64,000 bases of DNA. Source: Takakia lepidozioides (Eukaryota; Plantae; Bryophyta). The translations under genes and the position numbers were made by a program. The stretch is from assembly GCA_030704615.1 (NCBI GenBank), contig CM060734.1, positions 30,132,001-30,196,000 of the forward strand, in the 5' to 3' direction. This document shows positions 27,011-38,600 of the stretch, piece after piece (positions within the stretch are counted from its first letter, which is position 1; every line of letters starts with the position of its first letter). The notes beneath the pieces are model-generated. The model was not told the origin of the DNA. It ran no database searches and saw nothing but the letters and a program-made list of their open reading frames with translations.

Positions 27011-27299
27011 TGGTTTAATTACTCTTGTGACTTTTTCTTTTAAAGCTAGTTTGTTCGATTTGTGAGTATGTTACACCACACTCCTTAGTGGAATTTCAAC
27101 TTCCATGAATTATTAGTACTAACATGATGATAATCTATAACAAGTCAGTTTGACAAATTTAGGTTGCGGGTCAATGGGCCTTTGATTACAACCATGAAAA
27201 ATGCCGAGTATGTAATTGTTAGCATAGTCCAATTATGCCCTAAACATGATAGTTGGCACCTAAAGGATTTAGATGTAGTTTTCTTTTCTCAAAGTTTAA

Positions 27300-27525
27300 A
27301 AAAAAAAAGAGATATTGAAGGGAAACACATGGGAGCGACAGGTCACACGAAATCAAGCCCCTTAATAATGAGAGGAGGAAATAACATCTTTCATAGTAAC
27401 CGCGCCATGGAGGTGTAGAAATGGGACACTGGCCAGGGAAGAGGGAGAAGAATATACTACACCCATCAAGTAGCAGGATTCCCAAAAACATCTAGGTGGC
27501 ACTCAGTGCACTAACCAACTGATTG
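27300..27525 (-). mobile_element. Second, more decayed copy of the same SINE family
   Basis: Shares the body segments tcttctcc(c)..ttccctgg..gtgtccc, gttattt.ctcctctca and tttcccttcaa with 26745-27010. Confidence 0.6.
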
Positions 27526-27644
27526 TTGGTAAAGTTTTAATTCTCAATCGCTATCAAACCAAAAAGTATGCAATAAGGTATGCAGTCATGAGACACCATA
27601 AGTCATGCTTGCTTCAGCAATGCGTTCACATTTAGGAGATATGC

Positions 27645-29425
27645 AATCAATATATGAAGCAAGACGTTTGTTTTGTTTTGTAGCGTCGTTGAGATCTTGC
27701 AAACTGTGGGGCCCCAACGCGTGTGCTTGATGCCGTTGGAAAGCCCTCGATGAGGAGGGGTGCACCAGCTTGATCTCATGATTTTTGGACAAGCGGTGAG
27801 GGAGATGTGGAATTCCAAGTACTTTTGGTCGCTGGAAATTCACAAAAAATAGCAGAAATGGCAAAGTGCATTCCTGGGACAATGGTTGGAGCCTCGACGG
27901 GAGAGATATCAAGGGAAAGGTCTCCGGTTCAAATCTGGTCGTAGGCTCTCTGCAAAAAAACTTACTTAGATGACGTTGGGCCGTTGGAAATTTGGGAAAA
28001 ATAGCAAAGTGGGCATTCTTGGGAGAATGGTTGGAGCCTTGACGGGAGAGACAACAAAGGAGTGGTCATAGGCTATGTGGAAAAAAAAATGATTAGATAT
28101 GGCTAAATCAGTAGACTTAGATGACTTAGATGACAATGGACACTTGGGCCAACGACACAGGCTACCCTAGAGGTGGCACTTGGGCCTCACTTAGGAGACG
28201 CACTAGGATACATATGAGATCTTGCACTTGGGCTTAGATGACACTGGGGATTTGGGCCAACAGCACAAGCTACCCTAGACTTAGATTTCAATTCTTAACA
28301 CATGGGCCAATGGCGCAGGCTACCCTAGGCCTAGATCTCCCAAACAAGATGGTCTCTAGATACATAGGGGATTGCACTTGGACTTAGATGACACTGGACA
28401 CTTGGGCCAACAGCACAGGCTACCCCAGCCAATATATGAAGCGAGACGTTTGTTTTGTTTTGTTTTGTAGCGTCGTTGAGATCTTCCGGGCGGGGCCCAG
28501 CGCGGGTGCTTGGTGCCGTTGGAAAGCCCTTGGTGAGGAGGGGTGCACCGGCTTGGTCTCATGATTTTTGGACCAACAGTGTGGGAGATGTGGAATTTCA
28601 AGTGCTTTGGGTCGTTGGAAATTCGAGAAAAATAGCAAAGTGGGCTTTCCTGGAGCAATGATTGGCCCTTCATGTGGGAGATTTGGAATTTCAAGTACTT
28701 TTGGTCGCTGGAAATTCGCAAAAAATAGCAAAGTGGATATATCAATATATGAAGCCTCGACAGGGGAGATTTCAAAAATATCAAAATGGGCAATGACATA
28801 GAGATCTCCCAAACTATAGGCCTGTGGATACATTGGGGATTCATGCAGCGGACACTGGAAGTCACACTTGGGCCTCTACATGGGAGATGCACTTGGATAC
28901 ATGAAAAGAAGATTGCACTTGGGCTTAGATTTCAGTTTTTCATACATGGGCCAACGACATAGGCTACATTAGAGATCGCACTTGGGCCTCAACATAAGAG
29001 ACGCACTAGGTACATAAGAAATTGCACTTGGTCTTAAATGACAATGGACACTTGGGCATCTACATGGGAGATGCACTTGGATACATAAAAGATTGCACAC
29101 TGGGCTTAGATGGGCCTCGACATAAGAGATGCACATGGGAGACATCATTGGATACATAGGAGATGCACTTGGATACATAAGAGATTGCACTTGGGCTTAA
29201 ATGACAGTGGACACTTGGGCCTTGACACGGGAGATGCACAGCTTGGATACATAGGAAATTGCACTTGGTCTTAGATTTCAATTATTCACACATGGGCCAA
29301 CGGCACAAGCTACCGTAGAGGTCGACTTGGGCCTCGACATAGGAGATGCACTTGGATGCATAGGAGATTGCACATGGGCTTAGATGACACTGGACACTTG
29401 GGCCAGTGACATAGGCTACCCTAGT
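27645..29425. repeat. Composite repeat block: duplicated ~200-300 bp unit (27645-27880 and 28430-28760) interleaved with a degenerate minisatellite (gcacttggg../gatacataggagat/ggctaccctag)
   Basis: Direct repeats are visible by eye; many GCACTTGG motifs lie between 28100 and 29420; a tRNA-like A/B-box fragment lies at 27875-27950. Confidence 0.8.
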
Positions 29426-29982
29426 TGATACTTACCAATGAAAGAAGATGTGAAGGTTTGAGTGCATTAATTAGACTATCCATGTGAGAGAGATGTAAGT
29501 GTAGGGTGAGGCCCCAGGATGGGGGCCTCACTCTACGTAAAGAAACAACCAAGATTTTTTTTTACCATCGATGGCTGGGATCATGGCTCGCAAGAGCAGG
29601 AACCTTATGTGACGTAAGGTGCCTTCCTCTCGAGGAGAAGAGGAACCTTACGCGGCATAAGGTGCCATCCTCACCTGGCGGGAAAATCCCTCCGCGTAAG
29701 GCGCCATCCTCTCTAACTAAAAAATCCTGGCCGGGTCTTTACGCTTATGTCTTTTGGGGTTCAAGATCAAGCAGCTCAACATGTATAACTTTTCTTGTAT
29801 CAACATCCATTGCACTGTAATTAATTATGACTAGCCTAAAGGTCATTCCATTTTATGCAACTTTGCACTTGGGCACCTACGATAAATATCACATTTCACG
29901 GCAAAAACAGAGGCCCCGTTATCAAGCGTTGTTCCTCCTCGGCAGTGCATGTACACAAATTTTGAGGGTAGAGTTAAGTAAT

Positions 29983-30121
29983 AGGGAACGAGATTTCTAG
30001 TGACTATTACAGCAGGTAAGATGCCGGCGAACTTGACGTGAGGATGGTAGGCCGAGTGTCACTGTTAGGTAAGTGGGCATCGAACCTGTTGTAATAGTAA
30101 CTAGATTAAATCCCGTTCCCT
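29983..30121. repeat. ~140-bp hairpin (tiny MITE or pre-miRNA-like foldback)
   Basis: agggaacgagatttctagtgactattacagcaggtaagatgcc pairs imperfectly with ggcatcgaacctgttgtaatagtaactagattaaatcccgttccct. Confidence 0.75.
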
Positions 30122-31187
30122 TGCATAAAAGACTAGGGCTAAATATGGGAACATGTTCTCCTCCAGTCCACATCACGTTCGAGTGGATGTGTGTATGAGA
30201 CGCTTCTCGGCCTAGTTTCTAGATGTTTCTCGTACTTTTTTTGAACAGATGTAGACGTATCTCGACTTTGTCTCTTAACTTAGTTTCTAGAGTTTCTTGT
30301 ACTAGCTAGTTTCTAAACAGTGAGGATGATGGCGGGCGGAGGTTCTTTCCCTTTCATTTCATTTTGAGTTCACAATGATCTTTCATTTGCCATGTTGATA
30401 GTTTTCAATGGGAGATTTACATTCAGCAGTTGAGAGCCAAAGCATTGCTAATTTGCTTCATGTCCGTCATTTGAGTTAGGACTCAATTCTGAGGATGTAG
30501 AAATGTTTATCGAGTCACCTCATGGACCAGAGTTAACTAAGAGAGATCCAAATGTCATACACATTAGTGATACTGCAATTCTTGACGATGACGATGATTT
30601 TGTCAAACTAGCTTCCGGCTTCCAAGACATCGATAAGAACAAGTGGATACTGTACTGGCAGGTGGTGAAAGAAATTCTAATTGTGTGGATGTGTGGGCGA
30701 AAAAACGGTGATGCTTGGCAGATTTTCCAAAAACTTCCGATTCACGAATCTTTGGAGGACATTTCGAGCGAGATGTCAAGGAATTGATACATTTACTTGC
30801 TGAGTTCTTTTTGCAAGTGAAGAAATGTCTTCGAGCGAGAGATCAAGGAACTGGTACATTTACTTGCTGCATTCATTTTGCAGGTGAAGAAGAAGTCTGG
30901 ACAATATTATCCTCCTGAAATGTAAGTTCTTAATTCTAACGTGATTTCAATAGTTTCAATCGAATCCATCATTGCAATTTTTTTCTAAGAACTAATCTAT
31001 AATTTTCATATGCATGATTGTCTCTTTGTACAAAGGGATTGGGAAAGGTATCAGAGCTGCACTCGAAACGAGACAAGTGACCAGTGGACAAGTTGAGATT
31101 CCCTTCAATATTCTCACAGATTGCCACTTCAAGAAGTGCTCTCTCTGTGTGAAGACTGCGATTAACCGCTCTAATATTGCAGGGGTA

Positions 31188-31949
31188 CCGTACTTACCTA
31201 GCTTACTAGACACTTCCGCGCCTAATAATTAATAAAAATAGAATATTATTAGGCAGATCGTTTTTATTATTTAGGCACCTCACCTAGGTAATTTACAAAC
31301 ATTAGGCATGTATTACAGTCGACCCTGGATAAATGTTACATACTTTTTTGTTATGTCACCCTTGATGTTATGAAATCTTTACTCTGTAAAAATTTACACT
31401 TGAAAAGGGCATGACTAGAGCGTTATTTGATAAGTGTCTATAGGGCCCACCCCCGAAAGGCGGCATAGCCGTAAGGCGAAGTGGCTCTTAGTTACGCCAA
31501 TTTTGCCCGGAGTCTTCTCTCTCTCTTTGATACGTGTTATAAAAATATGGCTCTCCTCTCTGTTAGCACACCTCCATAGTTGTTAGATCTTCTGTTGAGC
31601 CTTAATATAGTTGATTTGAGAAAACATTCATCCACTCTTGTCAAGGATCTACGGTTCTTATCCAAAGGCACCACGTCCATAACAAAATAACATAATGAAC
31701 AATTATTTTTGACCTCCCGCAAAAACTATTGTTGAGGTAATTGTAGGCATTTTTGCCATTTTTTGGACTTTAAATAATACAATTTAGGCATTTTTTCACA
31801 TATTTGGACATTTTGGTTTTTTTTTTTCCAGTTTTTGAGCAATTATGGAGCATTTTCCAAGTTTTAGGCACATTTTCCAAAAATGGTCTAAATTTAATTA
31901 GGCACTTGATTTTGAATTAATTATTGCCTAATAAGCTAGGTAAGTACGG
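31188..31949. mobile_element. Tc1/mariner-type MITE
   Basis: TIR CCGTACTTACCTAGCTTA(C/T)TAG at both ends; TA duplication at 31186-31187 and 31950-31951. Confidence 0.88.
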
Positions 31950-32142
31950 TAGGTGTGAAACGGAAACATATTCCGGTGATGAGCTAACATGATAAAGCTA
32001 CCTTACTAGCCAGTTCAACTACTTGTAAGAGTGATCCCTTAGGTTGTTATATGAGATGTGCATTTTTCTGTAACCGAAATTTCTTTGTCCGTGCACAGCA
32101 AGAGCTCTATTGATTTGAAACATTTTTCTCCAGACTTGACAA

Positions 32143-32290
32143 CCAAGTTGTAGCCCAGCGGTAATGGGCACATATCCGAAACCTTGTAAAGAGCTGTGAA
32201 GGCTTTAAGCGGGGGGGGGGGGGGGGGGGGGGGGGGACACCGGGCCCTAGCTAACCATTCTGCAATTGAGAAGTGAAAAAGAAAAAGACA
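32143..32290 (+). mobile_element. SINE-like fragment with an internal poly-G run
   Basis: Head ccaagttgtagcccagcggtaatgggcacata is shared with 4972-5089; A-rich end. Confidence 0.45.
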
Positions 32291-32765
32291 AGAATATCGC
32301 TACTGTAAACCTATCTTAGTACTTTGTTGGCAAAGTATGTGTTTGGGTGCGGTGCACAAAAGATTAAAAAGAAAAATTGCTTACTGTCTGGCAAGTAGAA
32401 CAACAATCATGCAATCACAATCTGGGATGACCAAAGACCCCAAAATGAAAAACAAGAAAGTAGATATATCCATGTGACATGACTCGAGATATTTGTAATC
32501 TAGGATTAGCCTAGAGAGAGGCTTGTCCCTACAAGATATGACTCATTAATGGCTATAATAAAGCCATTCTGCCATTAATGCAGTGAATTAGCCCCACTGT
32601 TGGGCCCTCATACCATTTCCCTCGCCATGCCAGCTTCCTAATAGCCACGAGCCGCCATGACCCTCAATAGCCATGCCCACCTTGCTCCGTGCTCCATGAT
32701 CCTCAATGCACCATGATTTGTCATATCCCATGTGTCTAGCCATGCCCTCACAGCCATGGTCCAAA

Positions 32766-32810
32766 CTTTAGGGTGAAGATCTAAGGGTTTAGGGTTTAGG
32801 AAGTTTAGGG
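32766..32810 (+). repeat. Interstitial telomere-like TTTAGGG repeats
   Basis: tttagggtgaagatctaagggtttagggtttaggaagtttaggg. Confidence 0.6.
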
Positions 32811-32821
32811 CGGCGGCTCGC

Positions 32822-33004
32822 TTGAACGTGGAGTTTGTTTGGAGGTGAGTTGTATGCTTGAGGTGTGCATTGTAAGTGAGTTTGATGCGATTATTCATGC
32901 ATTATTAAGCTTTAGGTTGATTGATGGGTGCAGATTGCAACTATCTTCCACACACTAAAGCACTAAAGCACTCAAACAATCAACAATCAAGCAAGTAAAA
33001 TTTG
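32822..33004 (+). repeat. Left arm of a ~185-bp inverted repeat pair (partner 35431-35618)
   Basis: ttgaacgtggagtttg...caagcaagtaaaatttg is the near reverse complement of 35431-35618. Confidence 0.85.
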
Positions 33005-33009
33005 GGCTC

Positions 33010-34620
33010 TATAAAAAAATGTGTCCAGGGGATACTGGGTAACCAAGGGGGGTAGTAGATAGGGTAGCGGTACGTAGGGTACCCGGAGGTACCTCATGGT
33101 ACCCTGAGGTACCGTATAGGGGTTGGACTCGAGTTGTCGCTTATTAGTGATAATGGTAGTGAGGGAGTGAAGCACAGTGAGGTGGATGGCTTTAAAGCAT
33201 TTGTGGATCGGGGGATAGAGATTTTAAGATTGTCGTGTAATGCGTTTATACTGGCAGTATGAATACCACCTGTAGTATTGGCTGTGATAACTGATAGGGG
33301 CCCGGTGCGCCACTCACGCTGGCGGATGGCGAGGATAAGGGGGGCATGACAGTATGCGAATTCAACGAAGTGAACGGTTAGTTTTGGGGAAGGGGAAGTG
33401 GGTAATGGGACATTGATGGATAAACCTTGGACAAGTAGGATATCCGGGTAGAGCCGAGAGGGACATGTACATAGTGAGTGATAACAAATACACGGAAGTA
33501 TCTAGTGAGGGACAGTGTGGTCAGGGGGTCGGCCTTGGTAGGTACCAACATTGATGAGTGAGAACCATTTGGTTTCTGATCTGGCCATGATAAGTTTATG
33601 ATGTGCCAAACTGCGTGATTATGGCGAATGACGCGGAGACCATGTATAACGGGGTAAGTACACTGACTGAGGAGGTGGGGCCAGGTGTCACGTACTGTAT
33701 GTGTATGTGAGCATAAAGGGAAGCTGGGGGATGAGAATAGGCGTGGTCAGAAGATGTGCTTGCGTTGGTGTCCCATGTATTGAGCGTAACGAAATTTGAG
33801 TGTTTGTCGGATTTGCGCGTCGGTGACAGTCTTGGTGTGCCAGAAGTAATTTGATAACTTGTGGTGAATAACTGTAGATTGTGTCCATTTTTGGATATGG
33901 GCTTTGGTGTGGTTGATAGAGGCTGAGGCTTGTTTGTTTGCTTCGCGTGTGAGAGTGGATTTTAAGTTACGAATGGGCTTGGTAGTTGGGGATCTTGGTA
34001 CTGGATGAATTAGCCAAAATGGGTGAGTGTGAGCAATATAGATGGGGTCGGCCGTGGGATCCAGTGGGGGTTGGGCGGCCCCTGCCTAGGCGATAAGGTC
34101 TGCGTGTATATTATCGATAATACCAGTGTGCGAGCAAACTTTGAAAAAATGTATGGGGTGATTAAAGGAAGCCGCACGGTTAATGATAACTGCAATGAGG
34201 TTCCGGTTTGGGTGGTGAAGGTGGCAGAAAGGACTGGAGAGGTGGTTGCGAAGAAAAAATAGTGAGATAAGGTTGTTGGTGAAAATGTAGTATTGGGGGG
34301 GGGAGGGGGAAAGGAGGGTAGCTGGGAGAGTGCTTCAAAGATTGTCATAAGCTCAACGCATAATATAGTGGTTGGGCCTCGAAGTCTAAGAGCTACCCCA
34401 CAGTTATTAGCAGCATGAAAAACATTGTAGCTAGAGTTAGAGCCGGATTGGGAGCCATCTGTATAATGAGAGGCAGAGAATTTGAGCGGCATACGTAGAT
34501 GTGAGACCGGTGGATCAATAACGGCCTTATCCAGGCCTTGCTTGGGTTGACTCTGGAAAACAGGGTGGGTAAGGAGCTAGATGAAATAGAAGGAAGAAGA
34601 TGTGTCTAGAGGCCAATAGA
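33010..34620 (-). mobile_element. 3' fragment of a non-LTR retrotransposon with RNase H, CCHC knuckle and restriction-like endonuclease (Dualen/RandI-like), degenerate
   Basis: Minus-strand translation gives HYTDGS..ELMTI..IFTNNL..KVCSHTGIIDNIHADLIA (RNase H), FPLC...DTWPHLLSQC...RHNHAV (knuckle and RHN motif) and RLYPDILLVQG...VHFVEFAYCH (PD-(D/E)xK-type RLE). Confidence 0.75.
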
Positions 34621-34624
34621 GTTA

Positions 34625-35319
34625 GTAATGGAAATAATATCACAATGGAAGAAGGTTTTTAATTAGTATCTCAAGTCAAGATCCTGAGGAAAGGACATGG
34701 AAACTGCCTCCATCAATAGGGAAGATCCATTATGCTTGGTATGCTTTCATCCATGGCTCCCAATTGAACATAATATTCCCCCATCACATTATATAGGGAA
34801 TTCATAATCATCATGATCATGAATTCTCTGTAAAATTGTTTGTGAACAAAAACCCTCTACACTAGTGCCAGTATCTATGTGTAATAAATATATAGACTCC
34901 ATCTCTACCATACTCCAAAGAAAAGCCTTTTTATAAGCCTTTCTATAAAAAAGCCTCTGTATGTGTAGTAGCTGGAAACTTTGATCACGAATTCCCTATA
35001 AAATGCTTTGTGAACGCAAACTCTCTACACTAGTGACAATTTCTATGTGTAATATATATGTAATCTCCGTCTCTAGCATACTCCAAAGAGAAGCATGTCT
35101 ATGGAGAAGCCTCTCTACATGTAATAGCTAGAAACCTTGATCATAATTTCCCAGTATAATGTGATGGAGGAGTATTATATTCAATTGGGAGCCATGGTCA
35201 AAAGCACACCACACATAATAGATCTTCCCTATTGACGGAGACAATTTCCATGTTAATTTCCATGTTCTTTTGAGATACTAATTGAAAAACTTCTTCCATT
35301 GTGATATTGCTTTCATTAC
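34625..35319. mobile_element. Foldback element with ~190-bp inverted arms enclosing two ~165-bp direct repeats
   Basis: 34625-34815 pairs with 35135-35319; internal direct repeats at about 34812-34985 and 34982-35143. Confidence 0.82.
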
Positions 35320-35430
35320 CAAACCACAATCATAGATTCTATCCGCTGATGGTTTCCTTCTGATCGGAAATGGTTTCCTTATCCATTATGTGAAAGAGCA
35401 AAAAAAGAACATGCAAGTGCATCAAAAAAT

Positions 35431-35618
35431 CAAATTTTACTTGCTTGATACTTTGATTGTTTGAATGCTTGAGTGCTTTAATGCTTCAGTGGAAGATAGC
35501 CGCAATCTGCTCTCATCAATCAACCTAAAACTTAATAATGCATGAATAATCGCATCAAACTCACTTACAATGCACGCCTCAAGCATACAACTCACTTCCA
35601 AGCAAACTCCACGCTCAA
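35431..35618 (-). repeat. Right arm of the inverted repeat pair (partner 32822-33004)
   Basis: Near reverse complement of 32822-33004; abuts the 3' region of cyclophilin copy 3. Confidence 0.85.
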
Positions 35619-35699
35619 ACATGATTGATGTTTTTGAAATTGAACATTTCCTCTCTAATAACAGAGAGTAAGTTTTGTTTCTGTTCTTACAACGGGGTC

Positions 35700-38600
35700 T
35701 CAAATGGGGAGTTGGCCACTGTCCGCAATGGTGACCTTCTTCTTAGGTGTGCCCCCTTGCGTACCTTCGGCCTCCACTTTGTATACAATATCAAGGCCGC
35801 TCACGACCTTGCCAAAGACAACATGTCTGCCATCCAGCCTTCAAATACAAACACCAATCAAATGTTACTTGGAAACTTACTGGCAACTCAACATGTATTT
35901 TCTTAATGCCCTCTCCCTGGTCCCTTTTCCTTCTTTGAGTCTGCAATCTATGAAGGGAAATCTCCCCAGCCGCCATAGTGCATGCATTCTCACCATTTTT
36001 CCAAGTAAACCTGAAAATCCCCTCTGCCATCCCCGAAAATCCATACCCACGCATACTAGAATTTGCCCATCCAGTCCCATGAATGGACAACGATGAAGCC
36101 TTAAGAAGATTTTTCCAAAAGATCAACTATTTGAAATTGATGCAGAATTTGCCACATGAAGAAGGCTCAGAATGATTTTAAACCAACAAACCGCATCCAA
36201 GGATTTCACAAAATTTGGCAAATGATCAGTTGGTTCAAACCTTAATGTCAAAGCTGACTTCCAACCAAGTCAGACATGAATGCCATTGCAAGCCTGCTCA
36301 AATATTTCTTTTCAATTTTCCTCACTTTGACGGTGGTCTATTTAGAAACCCCCACAACACTTCACCGTGGCATTTTCCATCCAGATGTTTCTGCTCCTGA
36401 AGCACTCAAATTCTTGGACTTCACAACCCTAACTAGCTCATCCACTGAGAAAAGCCACCATTTTCAGAGAGATTTTGTATGCTTGGTCAGCTGGCATGGT
36501 TTCTATGTTTAGGGGCATCTTAACCACAATGAAAACCCATTCACAGACGAGAAAGGGCATGGAGCAAGTACCAGCTAGTTTTAACTGTCGTGATAAAGAA
36601 TTGGGAGCCATTCATGTTTGGTCCTGCATTTGCCATTGACAATTGACCTGCCAGACAGCGGATTTCAAACAGCTTGCTTTTAGGTTTTCCAGGGAGGAGG
36701 AAAAGGTAATCTTTAACCTTGGCTATGATGTATTCTTGAGCCCATATAACCCCACAGCCCAACTGTCCTGAATCAAGCTCCAGTCTACGAGGGTGTATGA
36801 GACCTCAACCAAAGATTGCCATTGCATACACATGCTCCTAACAAGTTTGGTTAATAAGGCAATTGAATGTTGATGCATTGATATCACACAGGACAGCACG
36901 TGGGTTGAAACAGCTGGAAACAGATGTAACAAATGTGGCCGTGGTTGGACAACCAATCACACTGTTGAACACAGGCTGTAAGGGTGCTTCTTCTCCAGTC
37001 CTACGGATGAAAGGAGAAAAATCTCAAATATTTCATATCTTACCCCTCCAGGGCGACAGAGAATCAGAGCACAACAGATAATTATGCCTTCCAAAACAAT
37101 GTCAAAGAGATGAGAAATCTACAGCATTATCCTTGATGCAATGACTGGATTTTCTATCCAAAAGCCTACTCAATCTAGAGTATCTCATACCTGGACCACT
37201 GTGTTTCAGTTTGAAGTTTTCATCAGCAAATGTAGTGCCATAGATGGACTCGCCCCCATGGCCATTGCCCTGAGTGAAATCCCCACCCTGGATCATGAAA
37301 CTGGGTATTATGCGATGCAAGACACTGCCTTTGTAGTGCAGTGGCTTGCCACTTGGTCCTATGCCTTTCTCGCCTGCTCATGATAAACCACAATATCCTT
37401 GTGAGATTATGCAAAAACCTTTGCAATCAGCACTAATAACACCTTGAGCCCAAACCCCCCTTAAGTATGTCTTGCTACCTGCAGGAGGCACTTCATCTTC
37501 AATGTATTCTTCTGTCTCCCTCATTCTCACACAGGGCACAGTTTTACCTGTTCTTTCCCATTTAAACATCCATCAAATGTTTTGGGACATGGATGAACAA
37601 TGCCCAAAACCTTTGGGAGGATATACGGAGAGAATAGTAGTGTCAGGAATGAATAGCTCACCCGTACAAAGAGCCCTGAAGTTCTCTGCAGCCATACCCA
37701 CAGAAAACAATCACCCGTTAATTTTAAGCTATTACGATTGGGAACAATCATTAAGAAGGCTGGCAAAACATAATTTGAAGGAGCCCTTTCAAAATCCTAC
37801 CAAATAACAACCTGGAGATTGGAACCTGCTGGAAGCCAGGTGTCCATACTGATTTGTGGACGGCTGTGAGAAACCTATGGCCAGTCCTAGCATAGTGGCA
37901 ACATTGCAAATCAGAGCTCATGACATTGTCACTGACATCAAGTGGCCCCTTATTGGGCCCTTCATATTCTTTAGGTTGAGATAGTTGAGGAATCCAACAG
38001 TACAATATGAATACTGTGAAACACTGCATAACTGATCATCATAACAATACATCCCTTCACTTATATTCCTGTTAACGGAAAAGAAATCTGGATGAGCAAG
38101 TAGATGGAGACCAGAGAGACACCCACAGAAAGCATAAGAAGAATGTACATACCAACAGTTTTAGGAGCAGCTTTGCCAAAAAGACCAATCACCACTCGAC
38201 CTGACACAACCATACGGCCCTGTTAAAGTCTTCAGGCTTGTTCAAGGACTGCTTGTATCAATGTTAGCTGACCAACTTGCATGTGCAAGAACAGGACGAA
38301 TACCTGCCAGTTGGCCATTAATGTCAACGTCAAAAAACACTTTGTGAGTGATCTCCTCCAAGTGTTTATCTTGCTTGGCCTGTCACACCCCAAACCCCAA
38401 GTTAATTACTGGAATTTGGCGTGGGCATGATTAGAGTACGATATGCCTACCAGGCCAGCAACCCCATTTCTTTAGGACGTAGAAAGCTAAAGATGCATGA
38501 ACTGCAAAGCCGGACAAGTTTTCCAAGCGGCAAGGTCAGGCTCACTTCTTTGAATATGCCTTGCTGGAGCTGGTTGATTGATTATGCTAGGTAAGCATGA

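Noticed and set aside
29596-29712. CRISPR-like repeat-spacer pattern
   Set aside because: Only 2-3 imperfect units, irregular spacers, no cas genes and a eukaryotic context.
32211-32236. Long poly-G run as a G-quadruplex element
   Set aside because: A pure homopolymer inside a SINE-like fragment; its length may be a slippage or sequencing artefact.
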